64,000 nt of DNA, taken from the NCBI RefSeq assembly GCF_006345805.1, contig NC_043009.1, positions 57,102,001 through 57,166,000 on the forward strand, read 5' to 3'. Under the pieces are notes generated by a model that saw only the letters and a list, made by a program, of their open reading frames with translations, was not told the origin of the DNA and made no database searches. Positions 52,512 through 64,000 of the stretch are shown piece by piece; within the stretch, counting starts at the first letter, position 1; each line of letters opens with the position of its first letter. A program made the translations under genes and the position numbers. The stretch is from Octopus sinensis. Its lineage: Eukaryota.

Positions 52512-52690
52512 GTAAGACTTCACCATGGCCCGCTTCACGTCATCATTGCCATCAGCATAGATCTGTTGAAACAAGTGGTTTAACGCTGCATCACCTTCTG
52601 GCTTTTCGTTCTTCTCTTCCTCAGTAACTTCCTTCACAAACTTTTCCCAATTCCGAAAGTGACTCAAGGGCTTACTCTCTTTAACATCCG
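52512..52690 (-). CDS. SUGT1: SUGT1 exon (SGS domain), 179 nt, phase 1-0
   Basis: catctag|CG GAT...TCT TAC|gtgagt = (A)[59 protein letters not shown]. Confidence 0.95.
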
Positions 52691-53162
52691 CTAGATGAAG
52701 ACGAGAAAATATAACAACAATAAAATAACAATGAGATAAATCGTTTTTGACAGTGAATCTCTTAAGTAGATCAAGCTAAAAACAATCCTTTCTTCTATGG
52801 GAACAAGGCCTGAAATTTGAAGGGGGGGGGGGCTTGATGGTTACATCATCTGCAGTACCTGACCCCAAAAGGATGAATGGCAAAGTTGACCTTAGTGGAA
52901 TTTGAACTAGGAACATAGAGACAGACGAAATGCTGGTCCAGTGAGCTAACGCTTCTGCCAGCTTGCCACAAGGTCAGCTATTTTTGGGGAGGAGGGGTTA
53001 AGTTGATAACATCAACCCCAGTGATCAACAGGTACTTATTTTACTGAACCCTGAAGGGATGAAAGGCAAAGTTGGCATTGGCGGAATTTGTTGATGATGA
53101 TGATATCAAAGATGGTAGCAGTTATGATGGTGATGACTACAAGGATGGTGATAGATGCTTAC

Positions 53163-53262
53163 CTTTTGATACTGAGGCATATGGTGTGTTGATAGTGTTG
53201 TCTGCAGAACTTTCCAAATGTTTCCAATGGATATCTTCTTTCTTTTTGAGTTTCACTTCAAT
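53163..53262 (-). CDS. SUGT1: SUGT1 exon (CS domain end), 100 nt, phase 0-1
   Basis: cacacag|ATT GAA...AAA G|gtaagc = IEVKLKKKEDIHWKHLESSADNTINTPYASVSK. Confidence 0.93.
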
Positions 53263-54515
53263 CTGTGTGCAAACAAGAGGAGAGATGGCCAGCTGATCAG
53301 GGAGGTGGGCTTTTGTGAGAGTGTGTGTGTGTGTGTGTGTCTCTCTCTCTCCCATATGGGAGCCAAGGGAAGATATTGCCAAAAGAGTCTCAATACAATT
53401 ACTCAAGCTACTTGAAATAGCAATTAAATCTCCCTCAAATCACACCTACCCCCATTAAAAAATAAAGGGAAAGACATACTGAGCTATATAGTCCTAGGTA
53501 TACAAAAGACAGGAAGGATGCTTTAGTTATAATCCCTTTACATGGTCAGGGTTGGCTTTAGGCCAAGCAATAACAGGTGGGGAGTTCCTAAGAACCCGAG
53601 ATTAACACAAGGTTTTATGAAATGAAGTAGATTAAGGAAATGAACCTACTATTAAGATGTCAAAAAATGAGCTTCTATGCAGTTATTCAAGTCGCTAGAA
53701 ATATCAGCCAAATACCACTTAATACCCTGTCATCTTTAAAAAGTAGGACACTTTGGATAATGTAGTCCTACATACTCTTAAATAAGATGTGCTGGTCATG
53801 GATAGAGTGCTTTGATTTTAAATCTGTTCAAATAGGATTAGCCTGGTGTTAAACAAACACCAGCACCAGAGACTTTGACAGGAAAGCTTCTCAGATGATT
53901 TGGTGGTACTTATTCATGGTCCCATTTAGGTGGTCATCAATTTACTGGTTTACTGACCCTAACCCTAGAGAGGTCAGACAACTACTTTATCTTCACAGAC
54001 TTAGAAAAGTGTAGCTAGCATGCAGTGTGAAGTGTTCTGCATCAAAGACATTAATGAGAGAAAACTATCCCTGAATAAGATGCTGTTGTATCACAAACAA
54101 CATCATCACCATCATCATTTAACGTCCATTGTCCATGCTGGCATGGGTTGGATGGTTTGACCAGGGCTGGGAAGCTGAGGGGCTGCACCAGACTCCAGTC
54201 TGATTTGGCATGGTTTTCTATAGCTGGATGCCCTTCCTAATGTCAACCACTCCAAGAGTTTAATTCTCAGACAACCTGGTGGTACCTGTTATTCCTAGGT
54301 GTACTGGGGCAAAGTAAGAAGCTGGTTTATTCACAGACTGATGAAGAGAAGCAATGTAGAGTAAAAATAGTAACTTGTGTCAGAAACACTATAAATGGTA
54401 GAAGCTGATTTAAAAACGAACCTAAAAGAGAGAAAGTCGGTAAGCTAACCCTTTCAATATCAACCCACCCGAGACTACCCTTTCACAACAGAAAATACAA
54501 AAGTGTGAAACTTAC

Positions 54516-54623
54516 TTTCAAAGGTGTGACTTTAACTTGACATTCAGCTGGGACAACAGCATTGGCAAGATTTAGCTGCATTATGTACTCTTCACCATTA
54601 TGTAGTTTAGCAACGAGTTTAAA
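54516..54623 (-). CDS. SUGT1: SUGT1 exon (CS domain), 108 nt, phase 0-0
   Basis: tttcag|TTT AAA...TTG AAA|gtaagt = FKLVAKLHNGEEYIMQLNLANAVVPAECQVKVTPLK. Confidence 0.93.
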
Positions 54624-54860
54624 CTGAAAGAGAAAAAGGTCAAAAAATAAAATCCAAAACAAAATGTAAACAACACAGCAGTTCAATGTGGTGATGATGG
54701 GATGTGTGTGACTCATTTTTGCTGTTTTTCTACCCTTTTTAATCACTGATTCAAACACACACACACACATATAATTAGATTACATTTTGCAGAGTTGATA
54801 TATATATATATATATATTTTTTTTCTCCTCTTGTTTCTCTCCGTGTTTCTTTTCTGTGTA

Positions 54861-54898
54861 TCTTTCTGTTGAAGAGCGTAGGCTCGAAACATAAAAGA
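54861..54898 (+). ncRNA. Minimal hammerhead-like motif with CTGTTGA core (same family as 45927)
   Basis: TCTTT-CTGTTGA-A-GAGC(GTAG)GCTC-GAAA-CA-TA-AAAGA. Confidence 0.45.
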
Positions 54899-55799
54899 CT
54901 TGTTTTATTTATATTCCTGAGCGCCATACTAATACAATTGTTTGTTTGTATTCCACCTGCCTTCGTCTTTTGTTTATTTTCATAAAGCTTCCCGTTATAT
55001 ATATATATATATATATATATGCACATACATATATACACATGCATACATATATATAATCCCAATATAGTACATAAATACTACTCTTCAGTTTTCAGATGAA
55101 TGTGATTGAAATGAGATTACAGACAGACAGTAGTTTTATTTGTATGACATGTAGAAATTTACATGATAAGGTTGCCTGTATTGAGCAGGATATTCTTCAG
55201 CAGAGAAGGCATGTGGTCTAGTAGCTAGGGTGTTGTACACAATATCACAGGATCGTGGTTTCGATTCCCAGGCCTGCAAGACACTTCAGCTGTAAATGGA
55301 TAACCTTGTACTAGATTGGTGTTCCATTCAGCGGGAATGTTGTCCTGCTCACCTGGCCAGCAGAGAGGCATCATTCAAAAGCTACAAGCTACAGCAATGC
55401 AAAGTGCACTGTGACCAATGGTGTGTAACATCCAATAATCTGGTCAATAAAGTGACATAGGTGAAGGTAAAGACCCCTGCTTCGGTCATGAATGACCATG
55501 GGATTGCACCTAGAAAGTTCCTCTCCAAAGCACAAGTCTAGGAGAAGGCATTTATGGAAGATCAGCAGTCGCCCATGCATACCAGCCTCCCCCTCCACAC
55601 ACCACCGATGTTATCCAAGGGAAAGGCAAAGGCTAATACAGCTTGGCACCAGTAACATTGCAACTCATTTCTACAGTTGAGTGAACTGGAGAAGCATGAA
55701 AAAGTGTCTTGCTCAAAAACACAACACACAGCCCGATCTGAGAATTGAACTCACTACCTTATGATAGTGAGCCTGATGCTTTAACCACTGAGCCGTCAT

Positions 55800-56030
55800 C
55801 AAAGAAAGGTATGATCATGTGGTGAGCCAGTTTTTTAAAAGTTAGTAATGCAAATGGTAAGGTTATTTGCAGCACAGGACTCAAATGCTTTGATCACACA
55901 TCTATCCCTGTACAAGAACAAGGAACAGTTAAAATGGCATTGCTCAAAATGTCCATTAAATTCACCATTCATGACAGCAATGTCACTGTTGTTTGCAAGA
56001 TGACCCCCTAGAAACAACCCATTTGCTCAT
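55800..56030 (-). mobile_element. RTE endonuclease-region fragment
   Basis: MNGEFNGHFEQ...ESCAANNLTICITNF resembles the GDFNGHVG...NLxICNTxF seen at 1081-1430. Confidence 0.55.
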
Positions 56031-57672
56031 CACATGGTACAGAATGTAGTACATATTCAACTGTTGAAGTATCCAGTTGTAGAAACAATACCAAAACAGA
56101 CACTGGGACATGGTGTGGCTCCTGTCCTTGCCAGCTCCGGTCAAACAGTCCAACCCATGTCAGCATGGAAAATGAATGTCAGATGATGATGATGGTAAGC
56201 AATTAAAGTATGTTTAGGATATTGTGCATAATCTGAACAGAAAATCTCTCACTTGGACTACATGAAAGTTAAGCTGTGCTAATTATATGGGATTAGCATT
56301 ACTATTATATAGTAAATTTCATAATGATTATCACACCTACATCACCAAATGATACGTACCAGGTATCTATACTGCATACAATAAGGCCTAGGCTATAATA
56401 AAGTTAATTGACATTGTGACATATCAAAGGTCAGGTGCATATATTCTCTTGCAACAGGTTTTTTATGTACAAAATATTCACCACACACCCTCCTATGTAA
56501 CAGTGTAAACCAATAAGGAAGTTTTCATGTAGTTGTTCCACTTAACAGAAATAACTGCCAATTGAACAAAGACTCATTGAATAATGTTGTTTAGCCCAAG
56601 GTAAGCTTTGATTGTGTAGACCTATGATCAAAGGCTTTCCAGACATGATCATCCCATCATTTTGTATATCTACAACTATATTGGCCAACATGTACTTCCA
56701 TTTTTAAGACAATAATACTGTCATGTGAGTATACCTGGCTGCTATTTCTAGTGGGTTCAGTGATTAAACAGAAGCTTTCATCATAGACAGAATGCTTTCC
56801 ATTGCATGTCTGCTGGAACTGAACAACAAAGACACATCAGATAATGTATTCTTAGATACATTATGACGGTGGTGGTGGATCTCTTTCATTCAACTATGAG
56901 GCTTCAGTCGTTCAACCAACTGAATTATCTGTTCTTGAATCAATGTCTATGTGGCTGAGTATTCCACAGACATGCATACCTTTAATGTGATTCTCAGGCA
57001 GAATCACAGTGACACAGCGCATAACAAGGCTCTACCTTTTGAGTTGCAGGTAGAATCCACCCATCAGGCTTCTATACAATTTTCTATCTTACCCAGTTTC
57101 ACTCATAAGGTACAAATCAACCCAAGTCTGTTGGAAATGACATTTTCCCAAGATGCCACGCGGTGGGATCAAACACAGGACCTTATAGTTGTAGAGCAAA
57201 TTTTCGTAACCAATTAGTCATTCTGAATCTACTTTAGACACATTATTGGAGTGGATTGTTCCCATTCAGTCCACAGCAGGGCGAGGACCTCAGCTCTCCA
57301 CCAACGACAGCCTGATGTGGTAGCTATGAATTTAAGCTTGAGATCACCCTGGTTTGATGAGCCTCCTTCACCACATTGGATTGACATGGCTTGGCAGAGT
57401 GATGCAGTTTCTATACTCATGCCCAAGAGTAGAGACACATTATATCCAAGTAAAAGAGAGAATGATCCATGGCTAGAAAAAGTTTGAACATAGAACTGCT
57501 GGTTTGGGGTTGATGTGAGATAAAACAAACTGTCTACCAATGTACCAAAGAACTTTATTTTTTTAATAATTTTGTCAACCATAAATTCAGTCTTGAGTTT
57601 TTATTGGGGTTTCAAGAACATCACACCATCAATAACAAAACTATAATGAGCCCCTAATAAAACTCAACTTAC

Positions 57673-57769
57673 TGTTTTGTCACCATAATCTACTTGAATG
57701 TCGTCTTTATTCACATTCTTCTCAAGAACAGTAATCACAGTAAATGTTTGTGTTTGGTACCAGTCATAT
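57673..57769 (-). CDS. SUGT1: SUGT1 exon (CS domain start), 97 nt, phase 2-0
   Basis: ttcctcag|A TAT GAC TGG...AAA ACA|gtaagt = (K)YDWYQTQTFTVITVLEKNVNKDDIQVDYGDKT (cf. YDWYQT of Sgt1 CS). Confidence 0.95.
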
Positions 57770-59552
57770 CTGAGGAAGAGAGAAACAGAGAGGAATAATA
57801 CTTCAGCATCACAAAGGACAGTAGTAACAGTATGAGTTAGTGTTTAGTACCAGTCATATCTGGCTCAAAATTTTTAGCTGTTTTATGATCAAACCGGCTA
57901 GATTTGGCTTCTCACAACTACCCTACAATGTCATTCAAAAACTAAACAATCATACCATCAAATTAATTCAAAGCAAGGTAAATAAAAAAAAACATTGAAT
58001 TTGGCAGCAATATTTGAATGTTAAAGGGTTAAAGAAACTTTTAATATAATTTAACCAAAAATGTTATTTTTAAAATATTTTATTTCCTATTCTACAAACT
58101 CAATATATAATACATTGTACTGTATTTACATTTACTTAGATGACTTCTACATAAACCCTTACATCCCTAGTAAGGGTTCTGTTTCCATCAATACGATGTG
58201 ATTTGTGAGCTGCTTTGAAGGAAATTTGGCTGTTATTTCTAACAGGTTTAGTAACCACAAAAGCTTTCACATTTTTCAATGTGTGTGTTTATGTTTAGAG
58301 ATATTTGCAACAGGGGATGAATATCAAAGAGAGCTTCATTTTTAAAATAATTTCGACCAGAATAATTAGCATAACATTTTAGTGAAAAATCTTAGCTAAA
58401 ACTTACTCATACATAAACAAAGTGGTAAATTATTAGTTTCGGTCAATTATTTATAATTCATGATAAGAAATGTTTTCGTGACTTCTTTTTTCAATTCCCC
58501 AATTGCTGTGGAAAACAATATATTTATTTATCTTACAAACAACAGAATTGACTATTTCACTGACTGAAGAATTTTTTTATAAAATAATTTACCCACCTCA
58601 AAAATACATAATTTCAAGTGGGAGAAGGAACTGCACTGAATAAATCAATACTTTATAGCAGAATTAACTCTCTGACTAGAAATTTTAGTAAATCTGTTGC
58701 TTTTTTTTATTACTTTCATCTTTCTTCAACTAGTCTCCTTGTTTTTTATCTTTTTCCTTTGACCATAGTTTTTTTTTATTTGAGAAATATGTATGGTCAG
58801 TTTTTTTTGCAGTCGCATGTGAAAAAAAAAACAAATTTTGACCAAATATAAAACACAAGCTTTGTTTCTCTTTACACTTTCTATACGAATTCAATGAATA
58901 AATTCAGTTTTTTTATCATGTTTTCCCAATAAACTGCAAGAAATTCATCTTAATCTAAGGATCAAGCAGATGACAGATGGACAGAGAAACACAGCTCTTA
59001 TTATAATGCAGATTGCACATAAAAATTCGGTTTATAGCTAACACAACACTAATGGGTTAATGGTGAAGATAAGCTTATAAATAATGTTATTTGTAACATA
59101 GGCACAAGACCAGAAGTGTTTTTTTAGTGGAGTGGCAGGAGAGGGCAGTATTATTCATATCAATGACTTGATGAGATGAGAAATAGACAACCTTAGTGGT
59201 GGTCTTGACTCAGAATTTAAAAGGATGCAACAAAATACTGCAAAACATTATCTAACATTCTACCAATTTTGCTAATCTGCTAAGAGGGCCTTTATGTAGT
59301 CATTAGACATGTTAGAAATAGCAGCCAAATTTCCCTCAACTCTCACCTTACTGTGTTAAATAGAAAAAGGATAGAACAGTTCATGGTATACAAAAAGATG
59401 GCATGGGCATGGTTGGAATGCTTTTGGTTAGACCTTAGTAGGTCGTGACTTTTATGCCTTTTGCAAAGGTATTAAAAGGCAGGTAGAAGAGAGAAAATGT
59501 GCATGCTAAGAAAATAGAAGTTGCCAAATAGAGAGGCTGTCAAAAGTCTTAC

Positions 59553-59647
59553 TTTGTCCTGTGGGGTGCTGGAGTGGGTGTGACAGCAGAAGTAGCAGAC
59601 TCAACACTTGTTTCTGGGTTCACATCCTGTGTGCTGCTATTTGGAAC
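59553..59647 (-). CDS. SUGT1: SUGT1 exon (variable linker), 95 nt, phase 0-2
   Basis: ttttcag|GTT CCA...ACA AA|gtaaga = VPNSSTQDVNPETSVESATSAVTPTPAPHRT(K); phase joins YDWYQT. Confidence 0.85.
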
Positions 59648-60224
59648 CTGAAAATCATTAAAGTAAGTGTGTTGTAAAGAATTGCAAGGGTTCTAGTGTA
59701 TTCTTCACATCTTCAAGAGTTTAGAGAAGGTAAGAGATTCAAGTGCTGAACTACTTCAAATCAGATTGTAAGTTCTAATTTCAGGTCAACCATTTTGAGT
59801 CTGTTCAGTTGTTGTTGTTGTATAAACCTTGATGAGTGGTGGATGTCATGTTAAGAAATTTAGGGATTGCGGCCTACCAATACAGAGCAACAAGACTTGC
59901 CATAATTTGGTTTGAGAGTACACAGGATGTAGGAGATGGTTTGTGTGGTGTGGTGCAGACATGTGTGGGTAACTGGTGCATGATGTACAGGATGTAGTGT
60001 AGAGAGGTTATATGTAGTGAAGTGTAATATTATAGACATATCATTTGGGTGTTTTATAATGTGCAATGAATGATAGGCTGTGTGAAGTGTAAGTATGGTC
60101 GTACGGACAAGTTGTGTAGAGTGTAGTATGGGAATGGTGTGTGTGTGATGCGTAGTTTGATAGTATGGAGATGTGTAGCATGATGTTGTATGGGATGTAG
60201 TTTAGTGTAAAAATCAAGGTATAT

Positions 60225-60400
60225 TGACCTCAGGACAATGAACCTTTCAGACGAGATGACAAAGAATTGAGATGCCTGGTGCCTTGCTGTACTCAAGAAG
60301 ACTACAGGACGAAGTACTGAAGGATGACCTCAGGATGCTGAACCTTTCAGATGAGATGACAAAGGACCGAGATGCCTGGTGCCTTAAGAAGACCCATACC
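60225..60400 (+). repeat. Tandemly duplicated RTE ORF C-terminus
   Basis: GACCTCAGGA...AACCTTTCAGA.GAGATGACAAAG...GAGATGCCTGGTGCCTT twice (DLRxxNLSDEMTKxRDAW). Confidence 0.7.
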
Positions 60401-61171
60401 CTACAGCGAAAGTGTTAAGGCCACTCACCTTGCTGAAGAGGATTGGCCTGCAAGAGTCGAGTGCTGGTGCCATGTTAAAAGCTCCCAGCACACTCTGTAA
60501 AGTGGTTAGTGTTAGGAAGGGCATCCAGCCGTAGAAACCATGTCATATCAGATTAGAGCCCGGTGCAGCTCTCCAGCTTTGGTCAAACCATCCAACCCAT
60601 GCCAGCATGGATAACAGACATTAAAAGACGATGATGATGATGGTGATGATTGCATGATGTAGTGTGGCAGTGAGGATGTGCGTAGGGTTTTGTAGTACTG
60701 AGGATGTGTACTGCAGTAATGGTGATATGTTGTGTATTGAATTTGTGGGGACATGAGGGGTAGAGTGAGGATGTGTACAGTGAAGGGTAGTAATAAAGAC
60801 ATCTTGAATGGCGCAGTGCAATAGCAAGATGTTGTGTGGTGTGTGGTACATTAGCAGGAATGTGTTAATCCTAAAATATAATTCAAACTTTAAAAGAGAA
60901 TTTTAAACTTTTCTCTAAAGACTCATTTATCTGGACAATTTACACGCTTTCAAAGGAAATATTTTGGACAGTAGGGAGAAGTGTGGGCTTACATAAACAG
61001 AATAGAAGTTTAATGAATAGTGAAGCAGTATCTATGATGTACTGTGCATAAAATTCTGTTGTTTTATGTGACTAATTAAATACAAATGAACAGGTAGAAC
61101 GATGAAAGGGTTTACAATATATAGGTGTGAAAACGTAAGGCAGGAATGAGGAATAAAAAATAATAACTTAC

Positions 61172-61200
61172 TGAATTCTGTTGTTTTTGTTCTTTTGGCA
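61172..61200 (-). CDS. SUGT1: SUGT1 29-nt microexon (linker), phase 1-0
   Basis: ctttcttttccatattcttcag|TG CCA AAA GAA CAA AAA CAA CAG AAT TCA|gtaagt; supplies the phase change needed between flanking exons. Confidence 0.75.
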
Positions 61201-62353
61201 CTGAAGAATATGGAAAAGAAAGAGATTTATATATAGAAAGTATTACACTGTAACAGTAATACTGTAATAGAAAAAATATAATGTCAATATATACTGAGTG
61301 ACTCACAAGTCTTTTAGAGTGTATGTGTGTTAAGCACGAACTTCAAACATTAGGCCTCACTGAGGCAATGACTAGTGACCGAGACCTTTGGAAATATGCT
61401 GTGCTTGAGAAGACCCACAAGCCAAGTGAGACCATACCTTGTGGCCTATGCCAGAGGTGTAACCAGCCCACTTATGCATACCTTTCCTTCATTGGATACT
61501 AAACTCCGCTGCGAAGACCTGTTGAGGCAAGTGAAATTGAAAGTAAAATCAAATTCGATGACTGGCATCCGAGCTAGTAGAACACTAAGAGCACCATCCA
61601 AGCGTGATCATTGCCAGAGCAGCAGACTGGCTTCTGTGCTGGTGGCACGTAAAAAGCACCATCCGAGCGTGATCGTTACCAGTGTCGCCTCACTGGCACT
61701 TGTGCCGGTGGCACATGAAAAAACATTCAAGTAAGGTCATTGCCAGTGCTGCTGGATTGGCTTCTGTGCAGGTGGCACGTTAAAAACACCATTTTGAGCA
61801 TGGCTGTTGCCAGTACCGCCTGACTGGCCCTCGTGCCAGTGGCACATAAAAGCACCCACTAGACTCTCAGAGTGGTTGGCGTTAGGAAGGGCATCCAGCT
61901 GTAGAAACTCTGCCAGATCAGATTGGAGTCTGGTGCAGCCATCTGGTTCACCAATCCTCAGTCAAATCATCCAACCCATGCTAGCATGGAAAGTGGACAT
62001 TAAACGATAATGATGATGATATATATACGTATACAATCATCATTTAATATCCATTTTCCATGTTGGCATGGGTTGGACAGTTTGACAAGATCCAGAAAGC
62101 TGCAGGGCTGCATTGTATTCCAATGTCAGCTTTGGCATCTATTGCTGGATGACTTTCCTAATGTCACTCACTTCACAATATGTATTGGGTCTTCTTTTTT
62201 TTTACGGCATGCTATCTAGATCTGTACCACAATGTAGCATTGTCTTAGTCTGTAACAGCTGCATAAGACTGCACAAACACATGCAATTATCTAGGTCTAC
62301 ACCAATGCCATAATTGTTAGTTAAATTGATAAAATATAATGGAAGACACTTAC

Positions 62354-62407
62354 AGCCAAGCTTTTCTCTACAAGAATCTAGCCACAGTTCCACAGTCTTG
62401 TTGTTAC
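62354..62407 (-). CDS. SUGT1: SUGT1 exon (TPR capping helix), 54 nt, phase 1-1
   Basis: ccttctag|GT AAC...GGC T|gtaagt = (S)NNKTVELWLDSCREKLG (cf. human ADANFSVWIKRCQE). Confidence 0.88.
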
Positions 62408-62687
62408 CTAGAAGGAAGCAGAGAACACTTAAATAATTTAACATGCAATAGACTTATTGTACATTAAAAGGTAGAGAATATTAGTGTGTGTATGTGTGTG
62501 TGTGTGATCATCGTCATTATTTTAACACCCACTTTTCTTTGTTAGCATGAATCAGATCAAATTCGTGGAGGTATATTTCTTATAGCCAGAGGCCCTTCTT
62601 GTCATCAACTTTGTATCTTACTATAGCCCCAGGTTGACTAGAGCTTTGTGAATGCAGTTATTAGGTAGAAACTGGCAGAAGCCTGTC

Positions 62688-62726
<39 letters not shown>

Positions 62727-63204
62727 TGCGCATGTGTGTTTCCTTGTGTCCACTCTGTGTGGAAGGTGAAAATCAGTGCCACCATTCTTTCACAAAAATA
62801 TTGTTTGGAAATATGGACAAATACTTCCTATTTTAGGACTGGGCTAACCAAAGTTTTTGTGGTAGGATTTGGTAGAAGGAAACAGAAATATATATATATC
62901 GTCCTTGTTTTCGTATACATTCACTTGCTTTCTTCCAAGGAGTCTAATGCTCTTAGCTTAGATTTTCTTGGGGCTGGCCAGATTGGAGCAGTCTAGAGTA
63001 TAACCAGCCGAAACTGCAAAGATGATCTGGAACTCAACTGAGGATAGGGAGCTCTGAATGATCCGTCCTTGTTTTTTCCTGTCCATTTCTGCATCGTCTA
63101 ACTGTTTGGATTTTTAATTGTCGCCTGTTACGTTCTTGTTCCATTTTTTGTTTCCTTTATATATATATATATATACACACACATACATATATGTATAAAT
63201 ATAA

Positions 63205-63435
63205 GGCAGCGAGCTGGCAGAAACGTTAGCACGCCGGGGGCGAAATGCGTAGCCGTATTTCGTCTGCCATTAAGTGTTCTGGGTTCAAATTCCGCTGAGG
63301 TCGACTTTGCCTTTCATCCTTTCGGGGTCGATAAATTAAGTACCAGTTATGCACTGGGGTCGATGTAATCGACTTAATCCCTTTGTCTGTCCTTGTTTGT
63401 CCCCTCTATGTTTAGCCCCTTGTGGCTAGTGAAGA
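63205..63435 (+). mobile_element. SINE family C, full length
   Basis: GGCAGCGAGCTGGCAGAAACGTTAGC head, GGGTTCAAATTCC B box, CTTTCATCCTTTCGGGGTCGATAAATTAAGTACCAG core. Confidence 0.88.
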
Positions 63436-63769
63436 AATATATATGTATAAATATATCATCACCATCATCATTGTCATCATTTAATGTCCACTTTCCATGG
63501 GTTGGACGGTTTGATATGGAGCTGGTTAGGCAGAAAACTGCACCATGCTTTGCTGTCAGTTTTGGCATGGTTTTTATGGCTGGATGCCCTTCCTAACACC
63601 AACTACTCTGCAATATATACATACAGTAAACCCTCAACTATTGTGGGTGTTACGTTCCAAAACCTCCCACAGAAATAATTAAAATCTAAAAAAATATAAA
63701 ATCAGCCACAGAAACCTGGATATACTAAGGAGTCCTGTTTGGCATCTTACAGAATTAAACATTACTTAC

Positions 63770-63840
63770 TTTCTAACTTTTGGCCTTCCTGGAACGTATC
63801 TAAAGCTTCTTGATACCTCTTCAATTCAAACTGGCAAATC
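63770..63840 (-). CDS. SUGT1: SUGT1 exon (TPR repeat 3), 71 nt, phase 2-1; upstream exons outside window
   Basis: ctcttgtag|G ATT TGC...GAA A|gtaagt = (G)ICQFELKRYQEALDTFQEGQKLE (cf. human [24 protein letters not shown]). Confidence 0.93.
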
Positions 63841-64000
63841 CTACAAGAGCAGAAAAACATACAAATATAAAGCTACTATATTCAGAATGTCTTTCTGTTG
63901 TCCTAAGGCTAGGTAAAAGCTGCCTCCAGATAGTTATCCCCCTAGAATACAAACAGAAAGTATGGGACTACTATAGGAAATTGGTTATTGAATATTTTCG

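Noticed and set aside
52671-52676. Donor-like GTAAG inside the SGS exon
   Set aside because: The next AG would make a ~12-nt intron, and the continuous exon already gives the conserved frame.
62969-63030. GGCTGG...CCAGCC-GAAAC stem II-like motif
   Set aside because: CUGANGA core absent upstream and no NUH.

Overview
Eukaryotic, AT-rich, microsatellite-dense genomic DNA. The repeat landscape (abundant tRNA-headed SINEs, RTE tails, (TA)n/(CA)n/(TATG)n) suggests an octopod cephalopod; this is an inference. One host gene is recognisable: the 3' nine coding exons of SUGT1 (Sgt1, Hsp90/Skp1 co-chaperone; TPR end - linker - CS - SGS) on the minus strand, 63840->50621. All junctions are GT-AG and phase-compatible, 841 nt in total; the 5' exons lie beyond the window. 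The rest is transposon debris: RTE, CR1-like, Tx1/L1-like, HERO-like, R4-like and Penelope-like retroelements, mariner and Tc1-family relics, TIR/foldback MITEs and several SINE families. There is also a 1.4-kb tandem duplication and a 100-N scaffold gap. Almost all short ORFs in the supplied track are microsatellite artefacts. The most notable hidden signal is a set of hammerhead-ribozyme motifs. It comprises three minimal type-I motifs with intact cores, a tRNA-headed SINE-like element carrying a hammerhead, a CUGUUGA variant family and two type-II-topology candidates. SUGT1 also shows features relevant to cephalopod RNA biology: a candidate restorative A-to-I site, inverted repeats flanking a stop-free 279-nt exon pair, an intronic hairpin, a duplicated acceptor and a 29-nt microexon. 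All coordinates were read by eye; repeat boundaries are approximate.
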